A DNA stretch of 31,005 nt from a virus (IMGVR_UViG_2671180986_000015); one strand, 5' to 3'; shown: positions 7,856 through 16,910, counted from the first letter of the stretch. Notes: generated by a model not told the origin, from the letters alone. Numbers and translations are program-made.

Positions 7856-7928
7856 AAAAAGTTTCCTCTGTTTAGTGAGTGGATTCTGGCGGTGTTGCCG
7901 CACCGCCCCCTTTTCTGGAGGTACGATA

Positions 7929-8480
7929 ATGAATCGCACATCCCTGATTAAATTAATTCATGTCGCCCGTCGTGATCTACAACTCGACGATGACACTTAC
8001 CGCGCCTTTCTGGTGCAGCACACGGGCAAAACCAGTTGCCGCGAGCTGTCCGTTGCACAACTGGAACGTGTGCTCGATGCCATGAAAGAGCGCGGTTTTA
8101 AGAAGCAGAAAAAACATCCCCGCCGTCGCTTTAAGGGGCATGTCACACCGCGCGAGAAGATTTATAAAATCTGGCAGCAGATGTTCCTTGATGGTTTCGT
8201 CTCCGATATCAGCGACGCTGCGCTGGACAAATACGTTGAACGCCTGACGGCCAGACGTAATGGCGGTCAGGGTGTTTCCACGCTGGCCTGGTGTCACGGG
8301 GAATCGTTGCATGTTGTGCTCGAAACGCTCAAACAGTGGCATATGCGCTGCATCCGGGAAGCCTTTGCCCGACATGGTGTGCCTTTACCTGTGAGCGAAA
8401 CCGGGCGGAAGCTGCGCGGCTATGATGCACTGACCAGTGCATATGCCCGCGCACGAAACAGCGGGAGAATTGCTGTATGA
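7929..8480 (+). CDS. gemA: GemA-like protein (Mu gp16 family)
   Basis: ATG 7929 with GGAGG 7 nt upstream (MNRTSLIKLIHVARRDLQLDDDTYRAF...); N-terminal motif and position immediately upstream of mor match Mu gemA as I recall it. Confidence 0.65.
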   Translation: MNRTSLIKLIHVARRDLQLDDDTYRAFLVQHTGKTSCRELSVAQLERVLDAMKERGFKKQKKHPRRRFKGHVTPREKIYKIWQQMFLDGFVSDISDAALDKYVERLTARRNGGQGVSTLAWCHGESLHVVLETLKQWHMRCIREAFARHGVPLPVSETGRKLRGYDALTSAYARARNSGRIAV

Positions 8481-8926
8481 AACAGATGAAAGAGCAGGAT
8501 TTATTCGAAGACTTCCGGGACGACAGCGTTCTGGAATACCTTAACGATTACCAGGAAAACACGGCTTATCCGGCGTTACTTTCTGAACTGAACGCACTGC
8601 TGCGTAAAGAGCTGGCCCGGATTGGCGCAGACCCTGCCCATTCCCTTGAGCTGGTTGTGGCGATTTGTCGCTATATCGGCGGGATGCAGGTTTATGTTCC
8701 GAGGGGGAATATTCTGGAGAATCTTGTCCGGGATATGCGTATCTGGCGTGATTTTAACGGCCATAATATTCCTGAACTGGTTCAGCGTTACGGGGTGACG
8801 TATAAAACCGTCTACAAGGCCATCAAGCGGATGCGGCGTCTGGAGTGTAATAAATACCAGCCGGATTTGTTTTACCACTCCCCGAACCTGCCTCACCCCG
8901 TTCGTCGTCCGCCACGACGTCCTTAA
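8477..8926 (+). CDS. mor: Mor/C-family transcription activator
   Basis: Start overlaps the gemA stop (ATGA). Contains PALLSELNALLRKELARIGADPAHSLELVVAICRYIGGMQVYVPRG and the C-terminal HTH YGVTYKTVYKAIKRMRR, characteristic of Mu Mor as I recall it. Confidence 0.88.
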   Translation: MKQMKEQDLFEDFRDDSVLEYLNDYQENTAYPALLSELNALLRKELARIGADPAHSLELVVAICRYIGGMQVYVPRGNILENLVRDMRIWRDFNGHNIPELVQRYGVTYKTVYKAIKRMRRLECNKYQPDLFYHSPNLPHPVRRPPRRP

Positions 8927-8933
8927 TCAATGA

Positions 8934-8956
8934 AGCCGGTAAATCCGGCTTTTTTT
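8934..8956 (+). terminator. Intrinsic terminator after mor
   Basis: Hairpin AGCCGG-TAAAT-CCGGCT immediately followed by a T7 run, starting 8 nt after the mor stop. Confidence 0.6.
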
Positions 8957-9011
8957 ATGCCTCCGGCACCATGAAGCAGACCACGTTTAAATCTGCTTCA
9001 CAGGTGCTTTT

Positions 9012-9599
9012 ATGGAAAATCAAAAATTCTCCCCGGCCTTTGAGTATGCGCTGAATTTTATTCTGCGTCCCGATATCGAAGGCGTCTATGTCAATGACCC
9101 CACTGACCGTGGCGGCGAAACCAGATACGGCATTTCTGACCGCCGCGACGGTGTGATTGACGGCAAAACCGATGTCAGCGGCGACGGTAAACCGGATACC
9201 CGCATCAGGGATTTAACCCGCGAACAGGTCGCGCAGATTTACTGGCGCGATTACTGGCTGCCTGCCGGATGTGACCAGTGGCCTGATGGCGTGGCGATGT
9301 TTGTGTTCGATGCGGCGGTTCAGCATGGCGTTAAAAAAGCTATCAGGATTTTGCAGGAAGCCGCTGATGTGGATGCTGACGGCATCATCGGTCCGCGTAC
9401 CCGTAAGGCAGTGAGCCTGTCCACCCCGGACTGGTTGCTGACCCGCTGCATTGTCCGTCGTTCCCGCTTTTATGCCGACATCATCAAATCCAAACCTGCC
9501 CAGGGCAAATACCTGAACGGCTGGTTTAACCGCATGGAGAAAGTGACCGACGCCTGTCTGGAAATTATCGACAACGTGTCGTCCGTCACGCGGGGATGA
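9012..9599 (+). CDS. Putative endolysin, GH108-like muramidase with peptidoglycan-binding domain
   Basis: N-terminal motif VYVNDPTDRGGETRYGI typical of GH108-family lysozymes; no N-terminal transmembrane or signal segment; first gene of the lysis/late block; AGGTG RBS. Confidence 0.75.
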   Translation: MENQKFSPAFEYALNFILRPDIEGVYVNDPTDRGGETRYGISDRRDGVIDGKTDVSGDGKPDTRIRDLTREQVAQIYWRDYWLPAGCDQWPDGVAMFVFDAAVQHGVKKAIRILQEAADVDADGIIGPRTRKAVSLSTPDWLLTRCIVRRSRFYADIIKSKPAQGKYLNGWFNRMEKVTDACLEIIDNVSSVTRG

Positions 9600-9671
9600 T
9601 ATGGCAAAGGCTGGGATGCCTCGCTGAGAGCCGGGCGGCGTGACCGCCTGCGTCAGGAGGTTTTACATCGT

Positions 9672-9827
9672 ATGGCCGGAGGTCCGCCCCCGAAACCGCT
9701 GGACTATACCGGTCATGACGGCACACACGCCAGCCACTACATGCGTGGCTGGAACACCGTGGATACACGGGACATTTTCTGGCAGTGCCAGAAGTACAAG
9801 GAAAAACTCAATGCACAGAATGAATAG
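9672..9827 (+). CDS. Candidate small ORF (51 aa) in the lysin frame downstream of the lysin TGA
   Basis: ATG 9672 preceded by AGGAGG (9655-9660, 11-nt spacer); good codon usage; ends at TAG 9825-9827 overlapping the start of the next gene. See findings for alternatives. Confidence 0.3.
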   Translation: MAGGPPPKPLDYTGHDGTHASHYMRGWNTVDTRDIFWQCQKYKEKLNAQNE

Positions 9828-10221
9828 TCTTTTTGTTCGCGTTATTTACTCCCGCTTTATGTTGTGCCAGTGGTCGTTTCTGGGGCTGTCGGCAGTCCTT
9901 TTTCTGGCGAGCTGTTTTGCCGGATGGCAGGCGTTTGCGGTCATGGTGCTGGCATACGGCGCGACACTCTGCCTGATTCACAGTTTCCAGCTGGGCAACG
10001 TACCTTATCGCCTGCAACCCAAAAGGCGTTTCCGGGCCGCCTCCCTTCGAATTGTCGTGTGGTCATGGGTGGTCTGGGTCGTTGGTTTTTTCATGCTGAC
10101 ATTCGGCCTTCTTTATCTGAAGGAGCCTTATCAGCTGGCGTTCTGGCTGGGCGGTATCTTTTGTGCGGCACTTTATAAACATCAGCGCCGTTTTCATAAG
10201 GGGGATTCATGGACCCGTTAA
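9811..10221 (+). CDS. Membrane protein with 3-4 predicted transmembrane segments, lysis-module member (holin candidate)
   Basis: ATG 9811 (or 9820) with AAGGA upstream; hydrophobic stretches FLGLSAVLFLASCFAGWQAFAVMVLAYGATLCLI, IVVWSWVVWVVGFFMLTFGLLYL, LAFWLGGIFCAALY. The longer GTG-9640 version in the ORF track was rejected on codon usage. Confidence 0.5.
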   Translation: MHRMNSLFVRVIYSRFMLCQWSFLGLSAVLFLASCFAGWQAFAVMVLAYGATLCLIHSFQLGNVPYRLQPKRRFRAASLRIVVWSWVVWVVGFFMLTFGLLYLKEPYQLAFWLGGIFCAALYKHQRRFHKGDSWTR

Positions 10222-10817
10222 CCCTTTCAGGCATCGCCTCCGTTCTGCTGAAAGCCGGGCCGGGGCTGATTCGTTCCGTCGGGCGCTGGTTTGGTGGCAG
10301 CACATCTGCCGCCGCTGACTCGGTGGCCGGTATGGTGGAAAGCGTCCGGGAAAGCCTGCCGGTGGCTGAACAGCAACGCATTCTGGAACAAAAACTGGTG
10401 ATGCTGTCACCGGAGCAACTGGTGCAGCTGGAAACCCTGAAAGTCCAGCTGCAACAGCTGGAGGTGGAGCGGCAGAAGCTGGTGCTGGCTGACCAGCAGG
10501 CCGCTCACCACGAACAACAGGAAACCATCCGCAACGGTGACAACGCCACGGACAGCTATGTGCGCCAGACGCGCCCGTTGCTGGCCCGTCTGTCCTGTTA
10601 CAGCAGTCTGGCCTATGTGCTGTTGCTCTCCTGTGGCCAGATTGCCGGTGCGGTTGCCGGTGCGAACGGTATCACGCTGCATATGCCGTCACCGGACTGG
10701 GATATCACGCTGATGTTGTTTACCCCGGCGCTGGGCTATCTCGGGGTAAGAACCCTTGACGGCTTTGCCCGTTACAGCAAATCGAGCTGTCACAAAATAT
10801 CAGCGGGGCCGAAATGA
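10209..10817 (+). CDS. Coiled-coil protein with C-terminal transmembrane segments (holin-like or lysis-associated)
   Basis: ATG 10209 overlapping the previous gene end; central heptad-like Q/L-rich region (LVQLETLKVQLQQLEVERQKLVLADQQ) followed by hydrophobic segments LAYVLLLSCGQIAGAVAG and ITLMLFTPALGYLGV. Confidence 0.5.
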   Translation: MDPLTLSGIASVLLKAGPGLIRSVGRWFGGSTSAAADSVAGMVESVRESLPVAEQQRILEQKLVMLSPEQLVQLETLKVQLQQLEVERQKLVLADQQAAHHEQQETIRNGDNATDSYVRQTRPLLARLSCYSSLAYVLLLSCGQIAGAVAGANGITLHMPSPDWDITLMLFTPALGYLGVRTLDGFARYSKSSCHKISAGPK

Positions 10818-11041
10818 CCGATGAAACCGACCGCATCAGTGAAGTGGTTTTAAACGAACGTCAGGACGTCGTTAACGCCTGGCTGATGCGGATAAAAGAA
10901 GCACCCCACAGTCGGGGCTTCTGCAATGACTGCGGTAACGTTATTCCGGCACAGCGCATTGCGGTGCTGCCGGATGTGGTGACCTGTATTGACTGCCAGC
11001 AGGCGCGGGAACGCAGGAGGAAGACGTGTCCTGGGAAGTGA
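10814..11041 (+). CDS. TraR/DksA-family C4 zinc-finger protein
   Basis: 75 aa with CNDCGNVIPAQRIAVLPDVVTCIDCQ (CxxC-17-CxxC), the TraR/DksA-type zinc finger pattern; start overlaps the previous stop (ATGA). Confidence 0.75.
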   Translation: MTDETDRISEVVLNERQDVVNAWLMRIKEAPHSRGFCNDCGNVIPAQRIAVLPDVVTCIDCQQARERRRKTCPGK

Positions 11042-11331
11042 TCCGGGCCAACTGGCCTGTTTTATGGGCGCTGTTGATGACAGCAATAAACCTGATTCAG
11101 CTGATTCTGGCGAAGACTTACGTCAAACGCGAAGAGTTTGATTCGCTGCGTTCCCGCGTGTCGGTGATGGAAGGCCTGGTGAATCAGTTACCCGACCGCA
11201 ATGAATTTCACCGCCTGCAACTGGATATCAGCAACCTGCGGGGTGAAATCAAAGAGCTGGGGCCATCCATCCGCCAGGTATCCCGCATCAGCGATTTGTT
11301 ATTAGAGAACGAATTAAAGGAAAAAAATTAA
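11026..11331 (+). CDS. N-terminally membrane-anchored coiled-coil protein (i-spanin-like topology)
   Basis: GTG 11026 with AGGAGG 5 nt upstream; N-terminal hydrophobic segment WPVLWALLMTAINLIQLIL followed by a charged helical region. Confidence 0.55.
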   Translation: MSWEVIRANWPVLWALLMTAINLIQLILAKTYVKREEFDSLRSRVSVMEGLVNQLPDRNEFHRLQLDISNLRGEIKELGPSIRQVSRISDLLLENELKEKN

Positions 11332-11624
11332 TGGCGATGAAAGAGATCCTCACTGAAGACCGTCGTCTGGTGTTGCTGCGTTCCCTGCTGGACTGTGGCG
11401 ACAGCGCGAATGAATCCGTGTTGCAGACCTGCCTTCAGGCCTACGGTCATAAGGTATCCCGTGATGTGGTGCGCACCCAGCTTGCATGGCTGCGCGAGCA
11501 GGGGCTGGTTCGTCTGTCTGATGTGGGCGGCTGTTACGTGGCTGAAATCACCGGCAGCGGCGAGGATGTGGCAAACGGCCTGTCCGGTGTGCCGGGCGTT
11601 AAAAAACCCCGTGCGAGGGACTGA
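11331..11624 (+). CDS. Hypothetical protein at the Mu gp26 position, possible winged-helix DNA binding
   Basis: ATG 11331 overlapping the previous stop; 97 aa; lies directly upstream of the terminase region. Confidence 0.55.
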   Translation: MAMKEILTEDRRLVLLRSLLDCGDSANESVLQTCLQAYGHKVSRDVVRTQLAWLREQGLVRLSDVGGCYVAEITGSGEDVANGLSGVPGVKKPRARD

Positions 11625-11626
11625 AC

Positions 11627-11887
11627 ATGGCCCGAAAACTGAAGCCGTTAAGTCGTGGAGAACGGGCCGTCGTGCGGCAGCTGGCGTACTGCCTTGTGCT
11701 GGCAGACATTGAGCAAAACGCCATTGTCCGTGCATACGAAAAACATACAGGAAAGCCCTGGAACCCGGATGCACCGGATACCCCCGTGAAACGTGCCCTG
11801 CGTTCATCACCGGCATATGCGCGGCTGTGGAAGCTGCCAGGTAAGGATATTCAGTCCGTTCGTGAAGAAATATACGCTGGTCTGAAA
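11627..11887 (+). CDS. 5-prime fragment of a gp27-position gene (possible terminase small subunit), truncated by masking
   Basis: ATG 11627 with GAGGGA 6 nt upstream; ORF runs into the N-run at 11888. Functional call is positional only. Confidence 0.45.
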
Positions 11888-12798
11888 NNNNNNNNNNNNN
11901 NNNNNNNNNNNNNNNNNNNNNNNNNNNNNNNNNNNNNNNNNNNNNNNNNNNNNNNNNNNNNNNNNNNNNNNNNNNNNNNNNNNNNNNNNNNNNNNNNNNN
12001 NNNNNNNNNNNNNNNNNNNNNNNNNNNNNNNNNNNNNNNNNNNNNNNNNNNNNNNNNNNNNNNNNNNNNNNNNNNNNNNNNNNNNNNNNNNNNNNNNNNN
12101 NNNNNNNNNNNNNNNNNNNNNNNNNNNNNNNNNNNNNNNNNNNNNNNNNNNNNNNNNNNNNNNNNNNNNNNNNNNNNNNNNNNNNNNNNNNNNNNNNNNN
12201 NNNNNNNNNNNNNNNNNNNNNNNNNNNNNNNNNNNNNNNNNNNNNNNNNNNNNNNNNNNNNNNNNNNNNNNNNNNNNNNNNNNNNNNNNNNNNNNNNNNN
12301 NNNNNNNNNNNNNNNNNNNNNNNNNNNNNNNNNNNNNNNNNNNNNNNNNNNNNNNNNNNNNNNNNNNNNNNNNNNNNNNNNNNNNNNNNNNNNNNNNNNN
12401 NNNNNNNNNNNNNNNNNNNNNNNNNNNNNNNNNNNNNNNNNNNNNNNNNNNNNNNNNNNNNNNNNNNNNNNNNNNNNNNNNNNNNNNNNNNNNNNNNNNN
12501 NNNNNNNNNNNNNNNNNNNNNNNNNNNNNNNNNNNNNNNNNNNNNNNNNNNNNNNNNNNNNNNNNNNNNNNNNNNNNNNNNNNNNNNNNNNNNNNNNNNN
12601 NNNNNNNNNNNNNNNNNNNNNNNNNNNNNNNNNNNNNNNNNNNNNNNNNNNNNNNNNNNNNNNNNNNNNNNNNNNNNNNNNNNNNNNNNNNNNNNNNNNN
12701 NNNNNNNNNNNNNNNNNNNNNNNNNNNNNNNNNNNNNNNNNNNNNNNNNNNNNNNNNNNNNNNNNNNNNNNNNNNNNNNNNNNNNNNNNNNNNNNNNN
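11888..12798. other. N-masked run (911 nt)
   Basis: Literal n characters; hides the end of the gp27-like gene and the start of the large terminase. Confidence 1.
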
Positions 12799-14043
12799 CG
12801 GCACTGACCGCATCACTGAAGAAGGAAAACGGCGGGCGCGATCACTTTTACATCGGTTCGAACAAGGAGATGGCCCGCGAATTTATCGACGCCGTGGCGA
12901 TGTGGGCAAAAGCGTTTAATGCAGCCGCGGAAGAAATCCGCGAGGAAGTGATCACCGACGAAGACAAGGACATTCTGACGTTCGTCGTGTACTTCGCCAG
13001 CGGATTTAAGGTCAAGGCGCTGTCCAGTAATCCGGGCAACATTCGCGGGATGCAGGGGAATGTCACCATCGACGAAGCGGCGTTTCATGAAAAGCTGGAT
13101 GAGGTACTCAAGGCGGTCACACCACTGACCACGTGGGGCGGTAAGGTTCGCCTTATCTCCACCCATGACGGCGTGGACAACCCGTTTAACCAGCTGATTC
13201 AGGAAAGCCGCGCGGGCAAAAAAGATTACCGTATTCACACCATCACGCTGGATGACGCCTGTAATGACGGGCTGTACCGGCGTATCTGTCAGGTGCGCGG
13301 CATGGTGTGGTCACCGGAAGCCGAGGTGGAATGGAAAGAAGGCCTGCTGCGAAATACCGCCACCCGCGAAGATGCGCTGGAGGAGTATTACTGCGTCCCG
13401 AAAAACGGCGGCGGCACGTATATCCCCCGCTCACTGCGTGAACGTGCGGCCCGTGGCACCGGAAAAGTGTTGCGCTTTACCGGCACACCGGAATTTAACG
13501 CACTGACGGAAGGCCAGCGCCGGGCAGAGATCAGGGAATGGCTGGAAACGGTGGTGCGCCCTGAGCTGGAAAAACTCCCGAAGAATCTGCGCCACTGTCT
13601 GGGGGAAGACTTTGCGCGTTCGGGTGACCTGACCGTGCTGGCCCCGGTGACGGTGAACGACGACACCACCCGCGAGGTGCCGTTTCTGGTTGAGCTTGCC
13701 AATGTGCCGTTTAAACAGCAGGAGCAGGTGCTGTTCTGGCTTTGCGATCGTCTGCCCCGTCGTGACGGTATCAAAATGGATGCGCGGGGTAATGGTCAGT
13801 ATCTGGCAGAACAGGCGGCAGAACGATACGGCGACGAGGTGGAACAGGTGATGCTGTCCGTGGCGTTCTACCGCGAAAACATGCCCCGTTTCCGTGCGGC
13901 GTTTGAAGATGATGAGCTGATCCTTCCGAAGCATGAAGATGTGATCAATGACCTCGGGGCCATTCAGTTACTGCGTGGCGTTCCCGGTATTGACGATGCC
14001 CGTACTAAAGGCAGTGATGGCCGCAAGCGTCACGGCGACGCCG
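12799..14043 (+). CDS. Terminase large subunit (internal fragment, both ends masked)
   Basis: Frame is open from the first unmasked base; large ORF immediately upstream of the portal gene; Mu gp28 position. The N-terminal ATPase motifs are hidden in the masked run, so the call rests on size, position and general similarity. Confidence 0.75.
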
Positions 14044-14159
14044 NNNNNNNNNNNNNNNNNNNNNNNNNNNNNNNNNNNNNNNNNNNNNNNNNNNNNNNNN
14101 NNNNNNNNNNNNNNNNNNNNNNNNNNNNNNNNNNNNNNNNNNNNNNNNNNNNNNNNNNN
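14044..14159. other. N-masked run (116 nt)
   Basis: Literal n characters. Confidence 1.
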
Positions 14160-14234
14160 GGCGAAACCGGAAGAAGGCAACGCGCGCCGCCAGATGAAGC
14201 TGACACGCGGCCTGAAAAATGAGGGAGGTTTACT

Positions 14235-15845
14235 GTGNNNNNNNNNNNNNNNNNNNNNNNNNNNNNNNNNNNNNNNNNNNNNNNNNNNNNNNNNNNNNNN
14301 NNNNNNNNNNNNNNNNNNNNNNNNNNNNNNNNNNNNNNNNNNNNNNNNNNNNNNNNNNNNNNNNNNNNNNNNNNNNNNNNNNNNNNNNNNNNNNNNNNNN
14401 NNNNNNNNNNNNNNNNNNNNNNNNNNNNNNNNNNNNNNNNNNNNNNNNNNNNNNNNNNNNNNNNNNNNNNNNNNNNNNNNNNNNNNNNNNNNNNNNNNNN
14501 NNNNNNNNNNNNNNNNNNNNNNNNNNNNNNNNNNNNNNNNNNNNNNNNNNNNNNNNNNNNNNNNNNNNNNNNNNNNNNNNNNNNNNNNNNGGTGGCCGCC
14601 AGTGATGACGATGCCGACGTGCAGCTGGCGGACGCCATCCGTGCGCTGATGGAAGCCCCGCAAATCCCCGAACTGATGTTTGATTTGCTCGACGGGCTGG
14701 GAAAAGGCGTGGCGGTCTGTGAAATCCTGTGGGACACCCGCAACAACCACTGGATGCCCCGTGATTATGAGTGGGTTGATCCCCGTTTTCTGAAAGCCGA
14801 AAAGCCCACGCTGCGCCAGTTCCGCCTGCTGACGGACGATGAACCGGTGGATGGCGTACCGCTGACACCGGGAAAATTCATTGTTCACCAGCCGCGTCTG
14901 AAATCCGGTCTGCCGCTGCGTAACGGTCTGGCCCGTCTGGTGGCTGTGATGTACATGCTGAAATCCTTTACCGTGCGCGACTGGTGGGCATTTGCGGAAA
15001 AATTCGGCATTCCGGTTACGGTGGGGAAATACGGTCCCAACGCCACGGAGGAGCAAATCCGCGTGCTGATTGATGCGATTGCCTCCATTGCCTCGGATGC
15101 CGGGTGTGCCATTCCGCAGTCCATGCAACTGGAGATGCAGGAAACCGCCAGCCGGAATAACGGCGGCGCACTGTTCCGTGAAATGGCGGAATGGTGCGAT
15201 GCGCAAATCAGTAAGGCTGTGCTGGGGCAGACCATGACCACGGATAACGGCAGTTCGCGTTCACAGGCGGACGTGCACAATCAGGTGCGCATGGACATTG
15301 TGCGCTGGGACGCGCGACAGCTGGCTAACACGCTGAATGAATATCTGGTGCGGCCCTACATCGAGGCCAACTACGGGCCACAGGCGCACTACCCCCGTGT
15401 TGTTCTGCGTATCAGTGAAGCCGAAGATCTGAAGGCGCTGACGGATGCTCTGGTGCCGCTGATTGACCGGGGGATGCGGGTTCAGGAATCGGAGCTGCGG
15501 GACCGGTTCGGCCTGGCTGAGCCAGACGAAGGGGCTGATGTTCTGCATCCGGTTTCCGCCGGGATGCCGGGTGATATGGCGATGAACCGCGAGCGCGTCG
15601 CCCTGAACAGGGAACACCCCGACGAACTGGCACAGATGGTGGATGATGCCCTGCGTGACTGGCAGAAAACCGGCGAGGCGTTCACGAACCCGGTGCTGAC
15701 ACTGGCGCAGGAGTGCGACAGTTTTGATGACTTTCTGAAACGCCTGCCTGAGCTTCAGGAAACGCTGAACGCGGACGACTTTGCCCTGCAACTGGCGGAG
15801 GTGTGCTTTAAGGCGCGTGCGCTGGGAGACACTGCTCATGCGTGA
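14235..15845 (+). CDS. Portal protein (Mu gp29-like)
   Basis: GTG 14235 preceded by GAGGGAGG; long ORF whose visible part is 14591-15845; its stop overlaps the start of the F-like gene. The 5-prime end and frame are uncertain because of the masked run at 14238-14590. Confidence 0.75.
   Translation: MXXXXXXXXXXXXXXXXXXXXXXXXXXXXXXXXXXXXXXXXXXXXXXXXXXXXXXXXXXXXXXXXXXXXXXXXXXXXXXXXXXXXXXXXXXXXXXXXXXXXXXXXXXXXXXXXXXXXXXVAASDDDADVQLADAIRALMEAPQIPELMFDLLDGLGKGVAVCEILWDTRNNHWMPRDYEWVDPRFLKAEKPTLRQFRLLTDDEPVDGVPLTPGKFIVHQPRLKSGLPLRNGLARLVAVMYMLKSFTVRDWWAFAEKFGIPVTVGKYGPNATEEQIRVLIDAIASIASDAGCAIPQSMQLEMQETASRNNGGALFREMAEWCDAQISKAVLGQTMTTDNGSSRSQADVHNQVRMDIVRWDARQLANTLNEYLVRPYIEANYGPQAHYPRVVLRISEAEDLKALTDALVPLIDRGMRVQESELRDRFGLAEPDEGADVLHPVSAGMPGDMAMNRERVALNREHPDELAQMVDDALRDWQKTGEAFTNPVLTLAQECDSFDDFLKRLPELQETLNADDFALQLAEVCFKARALGDTAHA
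14238..14590. other. N-masked run (353 nt) inside the portal gene
   Basis: Literal n characters. Confidence 1.
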
Positions 15846-16206
15846 AACCCTCATCCCGAAAGAGGCGCTGGCGTGGCTGAAGGCGAAGAAGCTGCGCCCC
15901 GGTTTTGATTACCGGGATGTATGGCGGGAAGAGCACCGGAACAGCTTCACGGTGGCAAAAATGCTGCAACTGGATTTGTTGTCGGATGTGAAAGCCCTTG
16001 TGGAAGACGCCCTGCAAAGCGGGCAGACGTTCAGCGAGTTCCGGGAGATGCTGCAACCGTTGCTGATAAAACGCGGATGGTGGGGCGTACAGGAGATGGA
16101 TGATCCGCTGACGGGTGAAACCCGCACCGTGCAACTGGGCAGCGACCGCCGCCTCCGCACGATTTTTGATACCAACATGCGCACCGCCCGCGCGGCGGGC
16201 CAGTGG
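15838..16206 (+). CDS. Head morphogenesis protein, Mu F-like (5-prime fragment)
   Basis: ATG 15838 overlapping the portal stop (MRETLIPKEALAWLKAKKLRPGFDYRDVWREEHRNSFTVAKM...); runs into masked sequence at 16207. Confidence 0.75.
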
Positions 16207-16450
16207 NNNNNNNNNNNNNNNNNNNNNNNNNNNNNNNNNNNNNNNNNNNNNNNNNNNNNNNNNNNNNNNNNNNNNNNNNNNNNNNNNNNNNNNNNNNNNN
16301 NNNNNNNNNNNNNNNNNNNNNNNNNNNNNNNNNNNNNNNNNNNNNNNNNNNNNNNNNNNNNNNNNNNNNNNNNNNNNNNNNNNNNNNNNNNNNNNNNNNN
16401 NNNNNNNNNNNNNNNNNNNNNNNNNNNNNNNNNNNNNNNNNNNNNNNNNN
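16207..16450. other. N-masked run (244 nt)
   Basis: Literal n characters. Confidence 1.
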
Positions 16451-16467
16451 ACCATTCACACCGAAGC

Positions 16468-16876
16468 NNNNNNNNNNNNNNNNNNNNNNNNNNNNNNNNN
16501 NNNNNNNNNNNNNNNNNNNNNNNNNNNNNNNNNNNNNNNNNNNNNNNNNNNNNNNNNNNNNNNNNNNNNNNNNNNNNNNNNNNNNNNNNNNNNNNNNNNN
16601 NNNNNNNNNNNNNNNNNNNNNNNNNNNNNNNNNNNNNNNNNNNNNNNNNNNNNNNNNNNNNNNNNNNNNNNNNNNNNNNNNNNNNNNNNNNNNNNNNNNN
16701 NNNNNNNNNNNNNNNNNNNNNNNNNNNNNNNNNNNNNNNNNNNNNNNNNNNNNNNNNNNNNNNNNNNNNNNNNNNNNNNNNNNNNNNNNNNNNNNNNNNN
16801 NNNNNNNNNNNNNNNNNNNNNNNNNNNNNNNNNNNNNNNNNNNNNNNNNNNNNNNNNNNNNNNNNNNNNNNNNNNN
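16468..16876. other. N-masked run (409 nt)
   Basis: Literal n characters; only a 17-nt island (16451-16467) separates it from the previous run. Confidence 1.
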
Positions 16877-16910
16877 TGACCGTCGGTAACCCCAGACGAC
16901 GGAGACTGAC

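Noticed and set aside
9640-9810. GTG-9640 N-terminal extension of the membrane protein as in the ORF track
   Set aside because: The extension frame is full of rare AGG/AGA/ATA/CGA codons and has no RBS, while the alternative frame has good codon usage; the membrane protein more likely starts at ATG 9811 or 9820.
11627-12919. 430-aa + strand ORF in the track spanning the 911-nt N-run
   Set aside because: Artefact of translating across masked sequence; it joins the 5-prime fragment of the gp27-like gene to the terminase frame. Only the unmasked ends are interpretable.
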